Below, one piece after another: positions 25,786 through 34,830 of a DNA stretch of 64,000 nucleotides. The DNA comes from a virus. The position numbers and the translations under genes were made by a program. The number at the start of each line of letters is the position of its first letter. Position 1 is the first letter of the stretch. The stretch covers positions 63,530 to 127,529 of IMG/VR virus record IMGVR_UViG_3300050821_016647; one strand, 5' to 3'. A model generated the notes under the pieces. That model saw only the letters and a list, made by a program, of their open reading frames with translations. It did no database searches and had not been told where the DNA came from.

Positions 25786-26126
25786 CGCGACTCGAAAGCG
25801 GAGCACGAGAAGCTGGGCAGCGTGTACAGGCTCGCTTGGTATCCCGAGCCGTCGAGTAGCAGCATCGGCTTGGCCTCCATTTCTGCTCGTGGGAGGTTTC
25901 TTCTGTTCGCATGAAGAGCGAGCAGGCACCGACGGTGCGAAGGTGGTGGCTGCCACACGTACGCGGCCACTGGGGTCTCATCCTCCCAGACAGCGAAGGC
26001 GTAGGTCGCGTTGTTCCCGACCGAACCATACCCGTGGTAGCGCTCGCAGAGGTCACGCACAACGGCCAGCTCGCAGCCGTCGAGATTGTAGGACGGGTCT
26101 CGGGAGGTCATCTTGGGCGCGCGCAT
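25782..26126 (-). pseudogene. possible truncated Mom-like (GNAT-fold) DNA modification gene
   Basis: YHGYG...AFAVWE....VAAYVWQPPP N-terminus; remainder not recognisable. Confidence 0.3.
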
Positions 26127-26138
26127 AGATGGGAGTGT

Positions 26139-26384
26139 CTACTTGTCGAGGTAAACGTCTGCGAATCGCCGGAGCGCGTCCGCCTGATCTCGACGACCGA
26201 TCCCCTCATTCGCCTTCGCAGCTTCGTGGAGCAGACGACCGATCCGCTCCTGTTCGTCGGTGCGAGTGAGCAGAAGTAGCTCGACGAGGGCCTTCTCCGC
26301 TTTCGTCCCACCACTGAGGGCGGCCTCCGTGTTTTGGAGCATCCACTCGTGAGCAGCCTTCTCGTCATTCTCTTTGTTCGTCAT
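26139..26384 (-). CDS. hypothetical protein
   Basis: GAGGA RBS. Confidence 0.6.
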   Translation of the reverse strand: MTNKENDEKAAHEWMLQNTEAALSGGTKAEKALVELLLLTRTDEQERIGRLLHEAAKANEGIGRRDQADALRRFADVYLDK

Positions 26385-26425
26385 CGAAATATCCTCGTTC
26401 GGTTACCTACGCTCCGTCGTTTTCA

Positions 26426-27049
26426 TTACGCGCGGTACCCCATCTGGGCAACGCGTCGAGGCAGGATCGGGCCAGTTGGCTTCACTCCCAACGGATTCGG
26501 CGTGTACCCCTCGAACCACGGTGAGTCGCTCGGCATCGAGAGTCGGGCGAAGCTCCGAAGCGTCTCAACTCGCATCGGGACGGACTCATGAATCGTGAAA
26601 GGGCCGCATTGGTAGACACATCCACCTTGAAGAGGCACCTCGGTTAGTCCGTTGAGCGACGCTCGGGCACCCTCACATCCCCCGTCATCGTCGAACTCGA
26701 CATCTAGCTCACCGCGCCAGGCGTGAGCGCCACGAACGCTGGCCCAAAGAAGCATTCCACTCGATGCCCACGGCGACGGACCGCCCCACCCGCCCAGACC
26801 ATCTACGTGTAGACCGGGCCTCCGATGGCACTCACCGGCCTTCACGATGGCCTCGTCGATGGTGATGTACGCGACCCCGCGGCGGACGGGCGCATGGTTC
26901 GCGAGCATCGCGAACGTGCTCCGCCAAAATCGATTGGGGAGGGAGTCTGCATCTTCGAGCAGGACCGGCATCATCATGACTCGTGTACCGCTGTACTGCG
27001 GGATGTCGTGCCAGATGCCCAGCTTCTCGACCCGGCTTCGGATTCTCAT
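26426..27049 (-). CDS. 2OG-Fe(II) dioxygenase-like phage protein
   Basis: AYITIDE..V..GECHRRPGLHVDG (HxD), TIHES (distal H), RSFARL (R). Confidence 0.6.
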   Translation of the reverse strand: MRIRSRVEKLGIWHDIPQYSGTRVMMMPVLLEDADSLPNRFWRSTFAMLANHAPVRRGVAYITIDEAIVKAGECHRRPGLHVDGLGGWGGPSPWASSGMLLWASVRGAHAWRGELDVEFDDDGGCEGARASLNGLTEVPLQGGCVYQCGPFTIHESVPMRVETLRSFARLSMPSDSPWFEGYTPNPLGVKPTGPILPRRVAQMGYRA

Positions 27050-27128
27050 CGAAATCTTCTCGCGCGCTCGGACGGGAGTCTACTTCCCGACCCTTTGTGG
27101 AGATCCTCTCTGCCGTTTCGCTTTTTCA

Positions 27129-27389
27129 TTACGGTCCGAACTTCCTAGGCCGGTAGCCATTGACGACCAGCTTCAGTGCGTACTCTTCTGAGTAGAATAC
27201 GGTCGGCTGATCGTTGACGAATTCAGGTTCCATAATCCAAACCGAATTCGTTGAAGCTTGTGCTCTGTCTGCCCTACGTGCGCGTTGTCGGCAGAAGACG
27301 TCGCAGATGGGCCCGTCGTTGAGAAGACAGTCTCGGCCGCACTCGATGCATTTGGGGTGTTTCTTAGTCGTCGTACTTTCCTGATTCAT
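27129..27389 (-). CDS. hypothetical protein (Zn-finger)
   Basis: CIECG...CDVFC. Confidence 0.5.
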   Translation of the reverse strand: MNQESTTTKKHPKCIECGRDCLLNDGPICDVFCRQRARRADRAQASTNSVWIMEPEFVNDQPTVFYSEEYALKLVVNGYRPRKFGP

Positions 27390-27610
27390 GGTCTTTCCTT
27401 GATTCGCAAATCCAGCACGGTTCGAAGGCGTATGATCTCATCCGCCAGATCGGCCGCGATGCTGCCGGCCGCGAGTGCCTCGGCTTGGACGTCCAGCACG
27501 TACCTCTTCTCGCGTAGGAGATTGCCGAGAAGCCGCACCGCTTCGCGCCGTACGAACTCCCCTTGTTCCTGGGTTTCGGTCTCGACCGCGATTAGGATTA
27601 GCGTTTTCAT
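27386..27610 (-). CDS. hypothetical protein
   Basis: start MKTLILI at 27610. Confidence 0.5.
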   Translation of the reverse strand: MKTLILIAVETETQEQGEFVRREAVRLLGNLLREKRYVLDVQAEALAAGSIAADLADEIIRLRTVLDLRIKERP

Positions 27611-27993
27611 GACCGACCCTGAATCGCCATGACAATGAGCTCCCATGCGTCGAGTAGATGCGCCTCGATCTTCGCGTCATCCCATGCCTTGGCCAGCATC
27701 GACTCGTAGATGGGAGTCGTCATGGCCTCGCGCTTCGTCGCCAGCAGTCTACGGGCAGCGAGTGCCCCGGCAGCGACGTGTATGACGTCGAGCGCTCGCA
27801 TGAGCTCGTTGTGAAGAAGCGCGTTGCGGGCGATGGACGGATACTGATCGACATCAACTGGTTTGGGCGATACGACGGCCTCGAGTGCGGAGATGCGGTC
27901 GTCCAGTCGATGAAATCGACCGTTATGTAGACGCGCGCCTTCGCTCGTCTCGCCGCAGACTTCGCAGGTTTTCAAGGCTTTGATTTCAAACAT
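27607..27993 (-). CDS. hypothetical protein
   Basis: CEVCG...H motif, coupled. Confidence 0.5.
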   Translation of the reverse strand: MFEIKALKTCEVCGETSEGARLHNGRFHRLDDRISALEAVVSPKPVDVDQYPSIARNALLHNELMRALDVIHVAAGALAARRLLATKREAMTTPIYESMLAKAWDDAKIEAHLLDAWELIVMAIQGRS

Positions 27994-29077
27994 GTTCGCC
28001 TTTCAATGCGGCACGACCCTGCTCGCGCATGTCGGAGGAGATGGTGTTGCCCGGCATCTCGACGAACACGCGCAACGCCTCACGAAGCCTAGCCTCTTCA
28101 ATGGTAGCTTCGCGCGCCGAGCTAGGGTCGGGATGTCGAGGACACGGATCGTCGCCGGGTTCGTCGCAGTAGCACGGCGGCTTCGCGGGGGTGGGCTCGG
28201 CAAGCATCGGTTCGCCTTCAGAGCTAATGCGTCTCGGAGCATGGTCCCCCGAGTGGCCTTTAGGATGTTTGCACGGCACCCAACAGCGGTAGGTCGTGTG
28301 CCAGTACACGCAATCCGATGTCTTCGGCTTCGGACGAGCAAACGCTTCGCTTATCTCGTCTGCCAGCCCGCGCCGTATCGCGTACGTGCACCAGCTGCTG
28401 GGCGGACCCTCGAGTAGGTATTGTCGAATCTCGTACTCGCGGCGGTCGGCGCCGCGCGCGTATTCCTCGCACTGATTGCACTCCGAGCGCAGACGCGCGC
28501 CGTGAACGCAGCGTCCAGGGTCACCCTCTTGCTTGGCGTCGGGCGCGTATTTGTCGACGACCGCTTGGGCTTCTATTCGTGCCCCATACGAGTTGGAGTC
28601 GAGCACGCGCCTGAGTGCTCCCAGGAGCTCGTCCCGCCCCGCTCTGAAGTAATCAGCGTTGGCGAGCTCCTGCGCCGCCGAAGCGCACCAGTTCATGGCG
28701 ACGAAGCGGAAGTCGGTTTCTTTGCCCAGCGCACCGATGATCTGTTGGGCGGCCTCCATACGGGAGGCGTCGATCTGGGATTGGGAGAGAGGCTCGGTTC
28801 GGCCTTGAGGAGCTCCGTGAAGTAGCGTTCGGAAGAACCGGTCTTCGAGATCTCGGAGAGACTTACGAAGGCGCGATGCCTCGGCCTCGGCGTTGTCGAA
28901 CCGGATCTTTTCGAGGCCGTGAGCTTCGCGTTCTTCGACCAGTTCCTTGCGTAGGTCCCTGATGCGTGCATCGCGCAGACCGTCGGCCTCGATCTTTGTC
29001 ATTAGGCCACCTTCGCGCCCGCGGTCGAGGAGGCAAGTTGAATAATCACGGCACTCGGGATGTTTGCAGGGACTCAT
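27986..29077 (-). CDS. mosaic hypothetical protein (coiled coil and several Cys/His motifs)
   Basis: 363 aa ORF. Confidence 0.55.
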   Translation of the reverse strand: MSPCKHPECRDYSTCLLDRGREGGLMTKIEADGLRDARIRDLRKELVEEREAHGLEKIRFDNAEAEASRLRKSLRDLEDRFFRTLLHGAPQGRTEPLSQSQIDASRMEAAQQIIGALGKETDFRFVAMNWCASAAQELANADYFRAGRDELLGALRRVLDSNSYGARIEAQAVVDKYAPDAKQEGDPGRCVHGARLRSECNQCEEYARGADRREYEIRQYLLEGPPSSWCTYAIRRGLADEISEAFARPKPKTSDCVYWHTTYRCWVPCKHPKGHSGDHAPRRISSEGEPMLAEPTPAKPPCYCDEPGDDPCPRHPDPSSAREATIEEARLREALRVFVEMPGNTISSDMREQGRAALKGEHV

Positions 29078-29307
29078 TTTTTCTCCAGGATGCGCTGAGC
29101 GCGCGTCGGAATCCCGAGACCTCGACGAAGGCTGAGCAGCACTTCGGGCGCCTTGGCTCCGCGACCGATGGCCTCCTCGGCTGCGTCGAGGAGCTCGGCC
29201 TGGAGCCGTCTAGTGGTTTGTTCCAATCGCCTCTTGAGGAAGAAAGCACCGACGTTGACGAAGACGGACGTTGCCGACGCGATGAGAACGGTGATTTCGG
29301 TGTTCAT
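29074..29307 (-). CDS. small protein with N-terminal TM
   Basis: start MNTEITV at 29307. Confidence 0.55.
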   Translation of the reverse strand: MNTEITVLIASATSVFVNVGAFFLKRRLEQTTRRLQAELLDAAEEAIGRGAKAPEVLLSLRRGLGIPTRAQRILEKK

Positions 29308-29540
29308 TTCTTCTCCAGGTACTTTCCGAGTCGTTCTCGTACGGCGCGCACGGCAGGGAGCTTGTTGTCGGCAGTGAGCTGGATGGGCGGCTTGAGTGTG
29401 TCGTAGACCCATTCGAGCAGATCTCTCGCAGCGGCGGATTCCTCGTCGGACGAACCGAGCGTTTGTTCTTTACCGGCGAGTTGAGCTTCGAGTTCCTCGA
29501 TACGCTTGTTCTTCTCTTCGATGAGTTCGTCCCATTTCAC
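29304..29540 (-). CDS. hypothetical protein
   Basis: GTG start, coupled. Confidence 0.6.
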   Translation of the reverse strand: MKWDELIEEKNKRIEELEAQLAGKEQTLGSSDEESAAARDLLEWVYDTLKPPIQLTADNKLPAVRAVRERLGKYLEKK

Positions 29541-29968
29541 TTCGTGTCCCCCTGCGCCCCGCGGCGAATCCTTTCGAGTGCCGCCTCTTTGCTCTCGTCG
29601 GGAACGATACCCATTTGATCAGCAAGTGTAGGGGAGATCAGGCAGTCCTTGCTCGCACCGTTGGTCAGCATGCTCACGACCTCTGCGACGGCGGCTAGGG
29701 TGACTCCCGTTGCAGCGGGTGCCGTAGGCTCGACGTGTGCCTGCCGCGTCTCGCGCGCCGGGTTCTTGTCGACGAGGACGCGACCGTCGTTCAAGTCGTA
29801 GGGTCCAAGCTCGTAGACTCCCGCCGCGATGTCTTCGACGGTAGGAGGTGTGATGAGGCGGAAAACTTCGCCGATCTCCTTGGCGAAGAGCTCGACGGCC
29901 CCCTCTCTCGTCTCTTGGTGCACGATGAATTGACGACCCTCGTGCTTCAATCCCCAGCGCTTACTCAT
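29537..29968 (-). CDS. hypothetical protein
   Basis: AAAGG RBS. Confidence 0.6.
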   Translation of the reverse strand: MSKRWGLKHEGRQFIVHQETREGAVELFAKEIGEVFRLITPPTVEDIAAGVYELGPYDLNDGRVLVDKNPARETRQAHVEPTAPAATGVTLAAVAEVVSMLTNGASKDCLISPTLADQMGIVPDESKEAALERIRRGAQGDTK

Positions 29969-29980
29969 GGTCTGCCTTTC

Positions 29981-30277
29981 TCAATGTAGGTGCTCCAACG
30001 ATCTGCCTTCTTTGAGTCGCGGCGACGGGAAGTCGATGGTCGGACAGGACTCGCGGAGACGTTCGAGCAGTGCTTCGAGGTTCGCCACGCGACACGCCGG
30101 GCAGCCATTCATGAGCGTGGTCGTGTCCGTCGTGCCTTTCTCATTGTCGAAGGCAACGACTATGAGCATCGTGGAGACTTCGCACTCGTCGGCAACCTCG
30201 GTAAGTCGAGACATAAAGCGTTTCTGATTTGCGCTCCCTCTATCTCCGGTCAGTTGCTGAATCGATCGTTTACGCAT
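29981..30277 (-). CDS. hypothetical protein
   Basis: start MRKRSIQ at 30277. Confidence 0.5.
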   Translation of the reverse strand: MRKRSIQQLTGDRGSANQKRFMSRLTEVADECEVSTMLIVVAFDNEKGTTDTTTLMNGCPACRVANLEALLERLRESCPTIDFPSPRLKEGRSLEHLH

Positions 30278-30465
30278 CACGGCCTCCGCTCGGTCGTAAT
30301 CTCGCCGTCGAGCCGTAGCGTCGCCCACGGTTGGCCGACGCGGCACGTCGGAAGGCACGGCGGCATCGGCTTGTTCTCCTTCGCCGCACCAACGCGAATC
30401 GCTTGGCAGTCGTCGTCGTGGGGCCGGGTCGTGTGCCAGAAGTTGGGACTCGGGTCGTCTTTCAT
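30277..30465 (-). CDS. hypothetical protein
   Basis: coupled ORF with H...C..C. Confidence 0.45.
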   Translation of the reverse strand: MKDDPSPNFWHTTRPHDDDCQAIRVGAAKENKPMPPCLPTCRVGQPWATLRLDGEITTERRP

Positions 30466-30797
30466 GATGCCTTTCTCGATTCGTTTATAGCTGTGAAGAA
30501 AATTGCTCCGCAGGTTGAGCAGGTTGCATGAAGGTGTGACTCCGATCGAGCCTCACATTTCTTCGGATCCGGACAAGCCTTCGGAATGTCTTTTACACCG
30601 TGAATGCGTTCCGTTTTAGGCTTTCCTACGGGATATGGAACTGTGCCGCAGAACGGACAGGCATCACCAGCAGCTGGATGCATGTACGGGAAGATTCGAA
30701 ACTTGGGAGGGGGCGGAGGATCGAGCACGCGGTCCGCGAATCCCAGCGATGCGATGATGACCGCTGCCGTAGCGATGATGGCGGTTTCGATGATCAC
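30462..30797 (-). CDS. membrane-anchored Zn-finger protein
   Basis: N-terminal TM; CPFC...C...C...HLH..C..CG. Confidence 0.6.
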   Translation of the reverse strand: MIIETAIIATAAVIIASLGFADRVLDPPPPPKFRIFPYMHPAAGDACPFCGTVPYPVGKPKTERIHGVKDIPKACPDPKKCEARSESHLHATCSTCGAIFFTAINESRKAS

Positions 30798-31282
30798 GGC
30801 TCGGTCCAGGGAGGCATCGTCTCCCAATCGACGAGCTCGCCGAGGTTCTCTAGCTCTGCGCGAGCGTCGGCAAGCCGGCGTCTATGATGTGAGATGTTGC
30901 GTTCGAGCTCTTCTCGTCTTGCCTCTGTGGGTGTCTTCGCGTGATCAGGGTAGTGCCGACGGCGCCAGCCGCGGATGGTGAAACGCTTGCCTGTCGTCTG
31001 GGACTCCAAGCCTTCGATATCACCTCTCGGTTCGGAGTAGAGCGCGACGCACGCGAGGCCCTTCATGCGTTCCGGGTCGGCGCAGTCGAACGTCGCGCAG
31101 ATTTCCGAGAGCAGCTGCTTCGCCTCGGTCTTGTTCTTCATGCAGAAGGGACCAAAGCCTTGTCCCCAGCCTGGTCCTTCGATTTGAACGTGGACCGTCT
31201 CGATGAGATGGTCTCCGTCGTAGTCCTGGCGCGCGGCCGTGATCGTCGCCGGCACTCGTAGGTCTTTCGGCTCGTACTTCAT
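30794..31282 (-). CDS. hypothetical protein
   Basis: start MKYEPKD at 31282. Confidence 0.6.
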   Translation of the reverse strand: MKYEPKDLRVPATITAARQDYDGDHLIETVHVQIEGPGWGQGFGPFCMKNKTEAKQLLSEICATFDCADPERMKGLACVALYSEPRGDIEGLESQTTGKRFTIRGWRRRHYPDHAKTPTEARREELERNISHHRRRLADARAELENLGELVDWETMPPWTEP

Positions 31283-31512
31283 TTGACCCTTCTCAGCTTT
31301 GGCGGCGACTTGGGCGTGACGATGCGGCGCCGTGGTTTCCCCTCGACCGTCCTCGCGTGAAGCATCAGGAGCTTCGCCGCCGCGTCGATGCCTTTGACGA
31401 CTTCCTCGAGCCTCGTCTGCTCGTCGACCGAGACATCGTTCCAGTAGTCTTCGTGCTGGATCGACCGGGCGATGCGGAGGAGCGCGACGGCTTTTTCGCT
31501 GAGGGAGGTCAT
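31279..31512 (-). CDS. hypothetical protein
   Basis: coupled ORF. Confidence 0.55.
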   Translation of the reverse strand: MTSLSEKAVALLRIARSIQHEDYWNDVSVDEQTRLEEVVKGIDAAAKLLMLHARTVEGKPRRRIVTPKSPPKLRRVK

Positions 31513-32033
31513 TCCGCGTCATCCGCGCGGCCCACGAGTATGTCGAATTTTTCGAGCAGGTCGGGAGCGACTTCTTCTAGGTACTTACGAACCATTTTGT
31601 CATCGAGTCCCTTCTTCAGGAGTTGAACGACGTCTTCCTGGTCTTTTCGACGCCACGCTTTCAGCTTCAAATAGACGAGGGCACCGGGATCGACGATGGG
31701 GATACCCTCGGACTCGTAAGGCTCTTCCACTTGCTCTTCGACGACCTCGTCTGCCATGACATCGACGACGACGCCGTTGACGAGGATGGGCATGCCGGGC
31801 TTGAAGGTTACAATTCCCCCACCGTGTCGTTCGAACCCCTCTTCACCAACAAGAAAGTCAGCATCCTTGGTGGCGCGGGGATAGCCGTAGGCACCGACCG
31901 CTAACGCTCCGATGAGGGCATGACGTATTCCTAACCTATCGAGCTCTTTTGATGCTCGGGCGGTCGCGTCGAGAATGCGGTCGGAGACAACGCCGTTGAG
32001 AAGTTTGAAGTCCGGCAGATGAACGCGTTTCAT
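31509..32033 (-). CDS. nucleotidyltransferase (DUF6036/AbiEii-like, Pol-beta superfamily)
   Basis: HALIGALAVGAYGYPRATKDADF; C-terminal LK..AWR.KD.ED. Confidence 0.75.
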   Translation of the reverse strand: MKRVHLPDFKLLNGVVSDRILDATARASKELDRLGIRHALIGALAVGAYGYPRATKDADFLVGEEGFERHGGGIVTFKPGMPILVNGVVVDVMADEVVEEQVEEPYESEGIPIVDPGALVYLKLKAWRRKDQEDVVQLLKKGLDDKMVRKYLEEVAPDLLEKFDILVGRADDAE

Positions 32034-32053
32034 GTTTTTCTCCCGTGAACCCG

Positions 32054-32227
32054 TCAGTAGCGACCCTCTGCCTCCTGTCGAATCCATTTGCGCAGCATTC
32101 CGCTTGCGGTCAGGCCGTTGGCCTTAGCGGCCTTGAGGAGCCATTCCTTCTCGGTCTTCGAGAGCGTGAGGTGGATGTGTTCCGGTCTGTACGTGAGGTC
32201 CACGACATCCGGGCGCTGTTTCTTCAT
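32054..32227 (-). CDS. ribbon-helix-helix regulator (57 aa; not in ORF track)
   Basis: HIHLTLSKTEKEWLLKAAKANGLTASGMLRKWI. Confidence 0.75.
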   Translation of the reverse strand: MKKQRPDVVDLTYRPEHIHLTLSKTEKEWLLKAAKANGLTASGMLRKWIRQEAEGRY

Positions 32228-32289
32228 GACCCACTTTCTGAACTAAAAATGAACATCGGTCAAGATGGATTCAACAGGCCCGTGTCGAT

Positions 32290-32319
32290 TTGCCATACAG
32301 GCCCGGACCGGTGTAGTCT
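32290..32319 (+). promoter_or_regulatory. sigma70-like promoter
   Basis: TTGCCA-18 nt-TAGTCT, 11 nt before ATG 32331. Confidence 0.5.
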
Positions 32320-32330
32320 CGTTTCTCGAG

Positions 32331-32732
32331 ATGCCGACCAAGCAAAAGTCCGTTTCCGAACGCAGTCTTACACCTCTCTGCCTCAGGTTCCGGGCTCAAG
32401 ACCTGGAAGCAGTGCGTGCCGTAGCGGCGAAAAGTGCCGAAGCGTGCACGGTGTTTTTGCGCGAAGTCATCATGACCCGCGTGGTGGCCATCGAGAGCGA
32501 GCTCGACGTGCCGAAGCTCACGTACGGCAAGAACGGCGTCGTCAGCGAATCGATCTCGATTCGGTTCCGCCCCGCCGAGTACAAGCGCGCGGCACGCGTG
32601 GCGGCCCGGGATGGCGTGCCGTTCAGCCTCTGGGGCCGCGCCGTCGTGCTCGAGTACGTGCAACGTCCGAAGGTGCCGTCGATTCGCGGAGGGAACGGAC
32701 GGCAGGAGCGGGACACGGCGGTCGGCGAGTGA
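32331..32732 (+). CDS. tandem ribbon-helix-helix protein
   Basis: two units: LCLRFRAQDLEAVRAVAAK...FLRE and ISIRFRPAEYKRAARVAARDG...WGR. Confidence 0.65.
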   Translation: MPTKQKSVSERSLTPLCLRFRAQDLEAVRAVAAKSAEACTVFLREVIMTRVVAIESELDVPKLTYGKNGVVSESISIRFRPAEYKRAARVAARDGVPFSLWGRAVVLEYVQRPKVPSIRGGNGRQERDTAVGE

Positions 32733-32974
32733 GCGGCACGCAGCCTAAAGGTCGCAAAGTAGGCAACGAAGGCAAGGCGGACGTGTCCGGGCCGTGCCCG
32801 TTCTGCCACACGCAGGGCGGCAACATCACCGTGGACTGGGGTGAGGCGGCTCAGGGGGACAAGCCCAAGCGCCCCGGCATGCTCTTTCACTCGCTACCGT
32901 ACTGTTCGACGTACGAACGCCTGTCGGGCGACGAGTTCATCCGCGCAGTCATCGCACGAAAGCACCTGTCATGA
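32729..32974 (+). CDS. hypothetical protein
   Basis: GTGA-coupled; CPFC...H..PYC. Confidence 0.55.
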   Translation: MSGTQPKGRKVGNEGKADVSGPCPFCHTQGGNITVDWGEAAQGDKPKRPGMLFHSLPYCSTYERLSGDEFIRAVIARKHLS

Positions 32975-33126
32975 GGAGCTCTCCTCCGAGCGAGCCGAAG
33001 CGGGGCCGGTGGACCCCGGTGCGTTGGTACCGCTACCTGCGTCGTGCGAACTTCACGCGCTTCGAATCGTTCTGGTACGCGCTCATCCCGCAGCTCATCT
33101 TCCGGTCGAAGGTTCCGCCCGGCTAG
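32971..33126 (+). CDS. small hypothetical protein (51 aa)
   Basis: ATGA-coupled. Confidence 0.4.
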   Translation: MRSSPPSEPKRGRWTPVRWYRYLRRANFTRFESFWYALIPQLIFRSKVPPG

Positions 33127-33163
33127 TTTCCCGGGGCGGGCATGGCTGAGCTACTATGTAGGC

Positions 33164-33454
33164 ATGGAGAGGGAAGCCCTGCGTGCGCAAGCTACGGACC
33201 TCCTGAATCGTCTGCGCGGCGATCCAGCCGTGCCACAGGCGCTCTTCGAGCTCGTCGACAACATCCTCCGGCGTCTCGACAGGTTGGAATTGGGCTCGTT
33301 CACGACCGAGGAAGAGACACCGACGCGGCCGGATCGGAAGCAGTCTTCGGGGCAGATGCTGGCGACGCACTTACCGGCGACGGGGAAAGACTCGCTTTCG
33401 GAGCGCATTGCCGAGATTTTCGAGGGCGTGAAGCCGAAGAGGGACGGGGAGTAG
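33164..33454 (+). CDS. hypothetical protein
   Basis: TACTAT -10 box 6 nt before ATG. Confidence 0.6.
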   Translation: MEREALRAQATDLLNRLRGDPAVPQALFELVDNILRRLDRLELGSFTTEEETPTRPDRKQSSGQMLATHLPATGKDSLSERIAEIFEGVKPKRDGE

Positions 33455-33455
33455 A

Positions 33456-33578
33456 CTAGTCCGTCACGATCAACCAGACCACGAAGCAGATCATCACCGC
33501 GCCAAAGACGAGCATCGCAATGGCCCAGCGGGGATTCTCGCGAGCCCACCTTTCTGTCCATTCACGCGGTGGATGCAT
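33456..33578 (-). CDS. 40 aa single-TM protein (RENP + TM); not in ORF track
   Basis: MHPPREWTERWARENPRWAIAMLVFGAVMICFVVWLIVTD. Confidence 0.5.
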   Translation of the reverse strand: MHPPREWTERWARENPRWAIAMLVFGAVMICFVVWLIVTD

Positions 33579-33792
33579 TCGGCGTGCTCTGGTAGATGAG
33601 GTAGCCGCCTAGTGCAATTGCGAGGACGCTGCCGGCGAGAAGTGGAAGATCCGAGCCGATGGGGTTCGACCTTGACCGCCCCGCTTTTCGGTACGCGATG
33701 GCCACGGCTTGGGATTGTTTGTAGCCCTCATGGCGCAGCGTGCGAATGTTCTGAGAAATTACGACATCAGAGCTACCGCGTTGGAGGGGCAT
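33562..33792 (-). CDS. NP-TM family protein fused to a known small phage domain
   Basis: MPLQRGSS...ISQNI..L..EGY.Q.QAVAIAY.KAG, then RSRSNP and TM ending GGYLIYQ. Confidence 0.75.
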   Translation of the reverse strand: MPLQRGSSDVVISQNIRTLRHEGYKQSQAVAIAYRKAGRSRSNPIGSDLPLLAGSVLAIALGGYLIYQSTPNASTA

Positions 33793-33793
33793 C

Positions 33794-33885
33794 TACTTCG
33801 ATCTCCCACTGAAATGAATCGCTGCAATGACCATGACCGCGACGACGGCCGCCAGGCCGAGTTTGATGAGTAGGTCGTTGGTCAC
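33794..33885 (-). CDS. ~30 aa single-TM peptide
   Basis: GTGA overlap; MTNDLLIKLGLAAVVAVMVIAAIHFSGRSK. Confidence 0.45.
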
Positions 33886-34169
33886 GGCTTCGGATCTCGA
33901 GGAATCGGTTCTTGCTCGCGCCTCATGCGCGATTCGTAGTTCGCGGCGTCGTATCCAGCGGCCACGTACTGCTCAAGCGTCGGAAGAAGGTAGTCCCCGT
34001 GATCGGGGTGGCACTTCTTCCCGGACTTGCCCATCTGCGGGTGCGTCCATACGCCGTTGATGAGCGCCGATCCGCAACTCGAACACCACGACGTGATCTT
34101 GGTCGTAGCACCCGTGGCTCCGTCGGTCTTTGGCGTGGCCGTCGGATGCTTGCAGCGATCGAGGCTCAC
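33882..34169 (-). CDS. hypothetical protein (Zn-finger)
   Basis: GTG start 34169; WCSSCG...WTHP...CH. Confidence 0.5.
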   Translation of the reverse strand: MSLDRCKHPTATPKTDGATGATTKITSWCSSCGSALINGVWTHPQMGKSGKKCHPDHGDYLLPTLEQYVAAGYDAANYESRMRREQEPIPRDPKP

Positions 34170-34576
34170 TGAAGCGTCGGGCTGACCTGCGGCACGGGCG
34201 TCGACGCTGCGGTCGCTTGGTAGACCGCCTGCGTCGGTGTCGAAGCGGGCTGCTGTCCCGCGGGCGTGGTTTGGTCGGGATTGACCGACATGATACCGAG
34301 CTCGGGCAGACCCGGGCCGGTGCATTGCGGACCCGTACTGAGGTTCTGGTTGACGGTCGCGGCTGCCCAGACGCCCGCGATGATGCTCGAGGCGAGCCCC
34401 GCGGCGGCCGTGATCGCGAATTCCTTGCGATACTCGTCGGATGCGACGGCGCCGATGATGCCGACGAGCATCGCGAGGCTTCCTCCTCCGGCGAGGACCA
34501 TCTGGGGCACGGTCTGCGTCTCGTCGACGTACGTGCACGTGGGCATCACTTGACCGAGACCGCGACGACGAGCCAT
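34166..34576 (-). CDS. 2-TM protein with MARRRGLGQ leader
   Basis: AGGAG RBS; two hydrophobic helices. Confidence 0.7.
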   Translation of the reverse strand: MARRRGLGQVMPTCTYVDETQTVPQMVLAGGGSLAMLVGIIGAVASDEYRKEFAITAAAGLASSIIAGVWAAATVNQNLSTGPQCTGPGLPELGIMSVNPDQTTPAGQQPASTPTQAVYQATAASTPVPQVSPTLQ

Positions 34577-34598
34577 GGTGATTTCTCCTGCGCTTAGG

Positions 34599-34826
34599 TT
34601 AGCGCCTTTTGAGTAAAAAGAGTGCTGTGAGTCCTCCCGCCAAGATTAGCGGAATTCCTGCGAGATAATTTTGCTCTTGATACAAGAGCCCCGCGCCGAG
34701 TCCCACCGCGGCGGCGCTCCCGGCCAACATGAGCTCCTCTTCCTCGCTCTGATGCTGCGAGTAACCGTACGCCGCACCAGCAGCACCGAGTGCGGCAGCA
34801 GGGATGAGCGTGGCGGGGGCCGTCAT
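34599..34826 (-). CDS. Gly/Ala-rich multi-TM protein
   Basis: three short hydrophobic GxxxG-rich segments. Confidence 0.65.
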   Translation of the reverse strand: MTAPATLIPAAALGAAGAAYGYSQHQSEEEELMLAGSAAAVGLGAGLLYQEQNYLAGIPLILAGGLTALFLLKRR

Positions 34827-34830
34827 GGGT

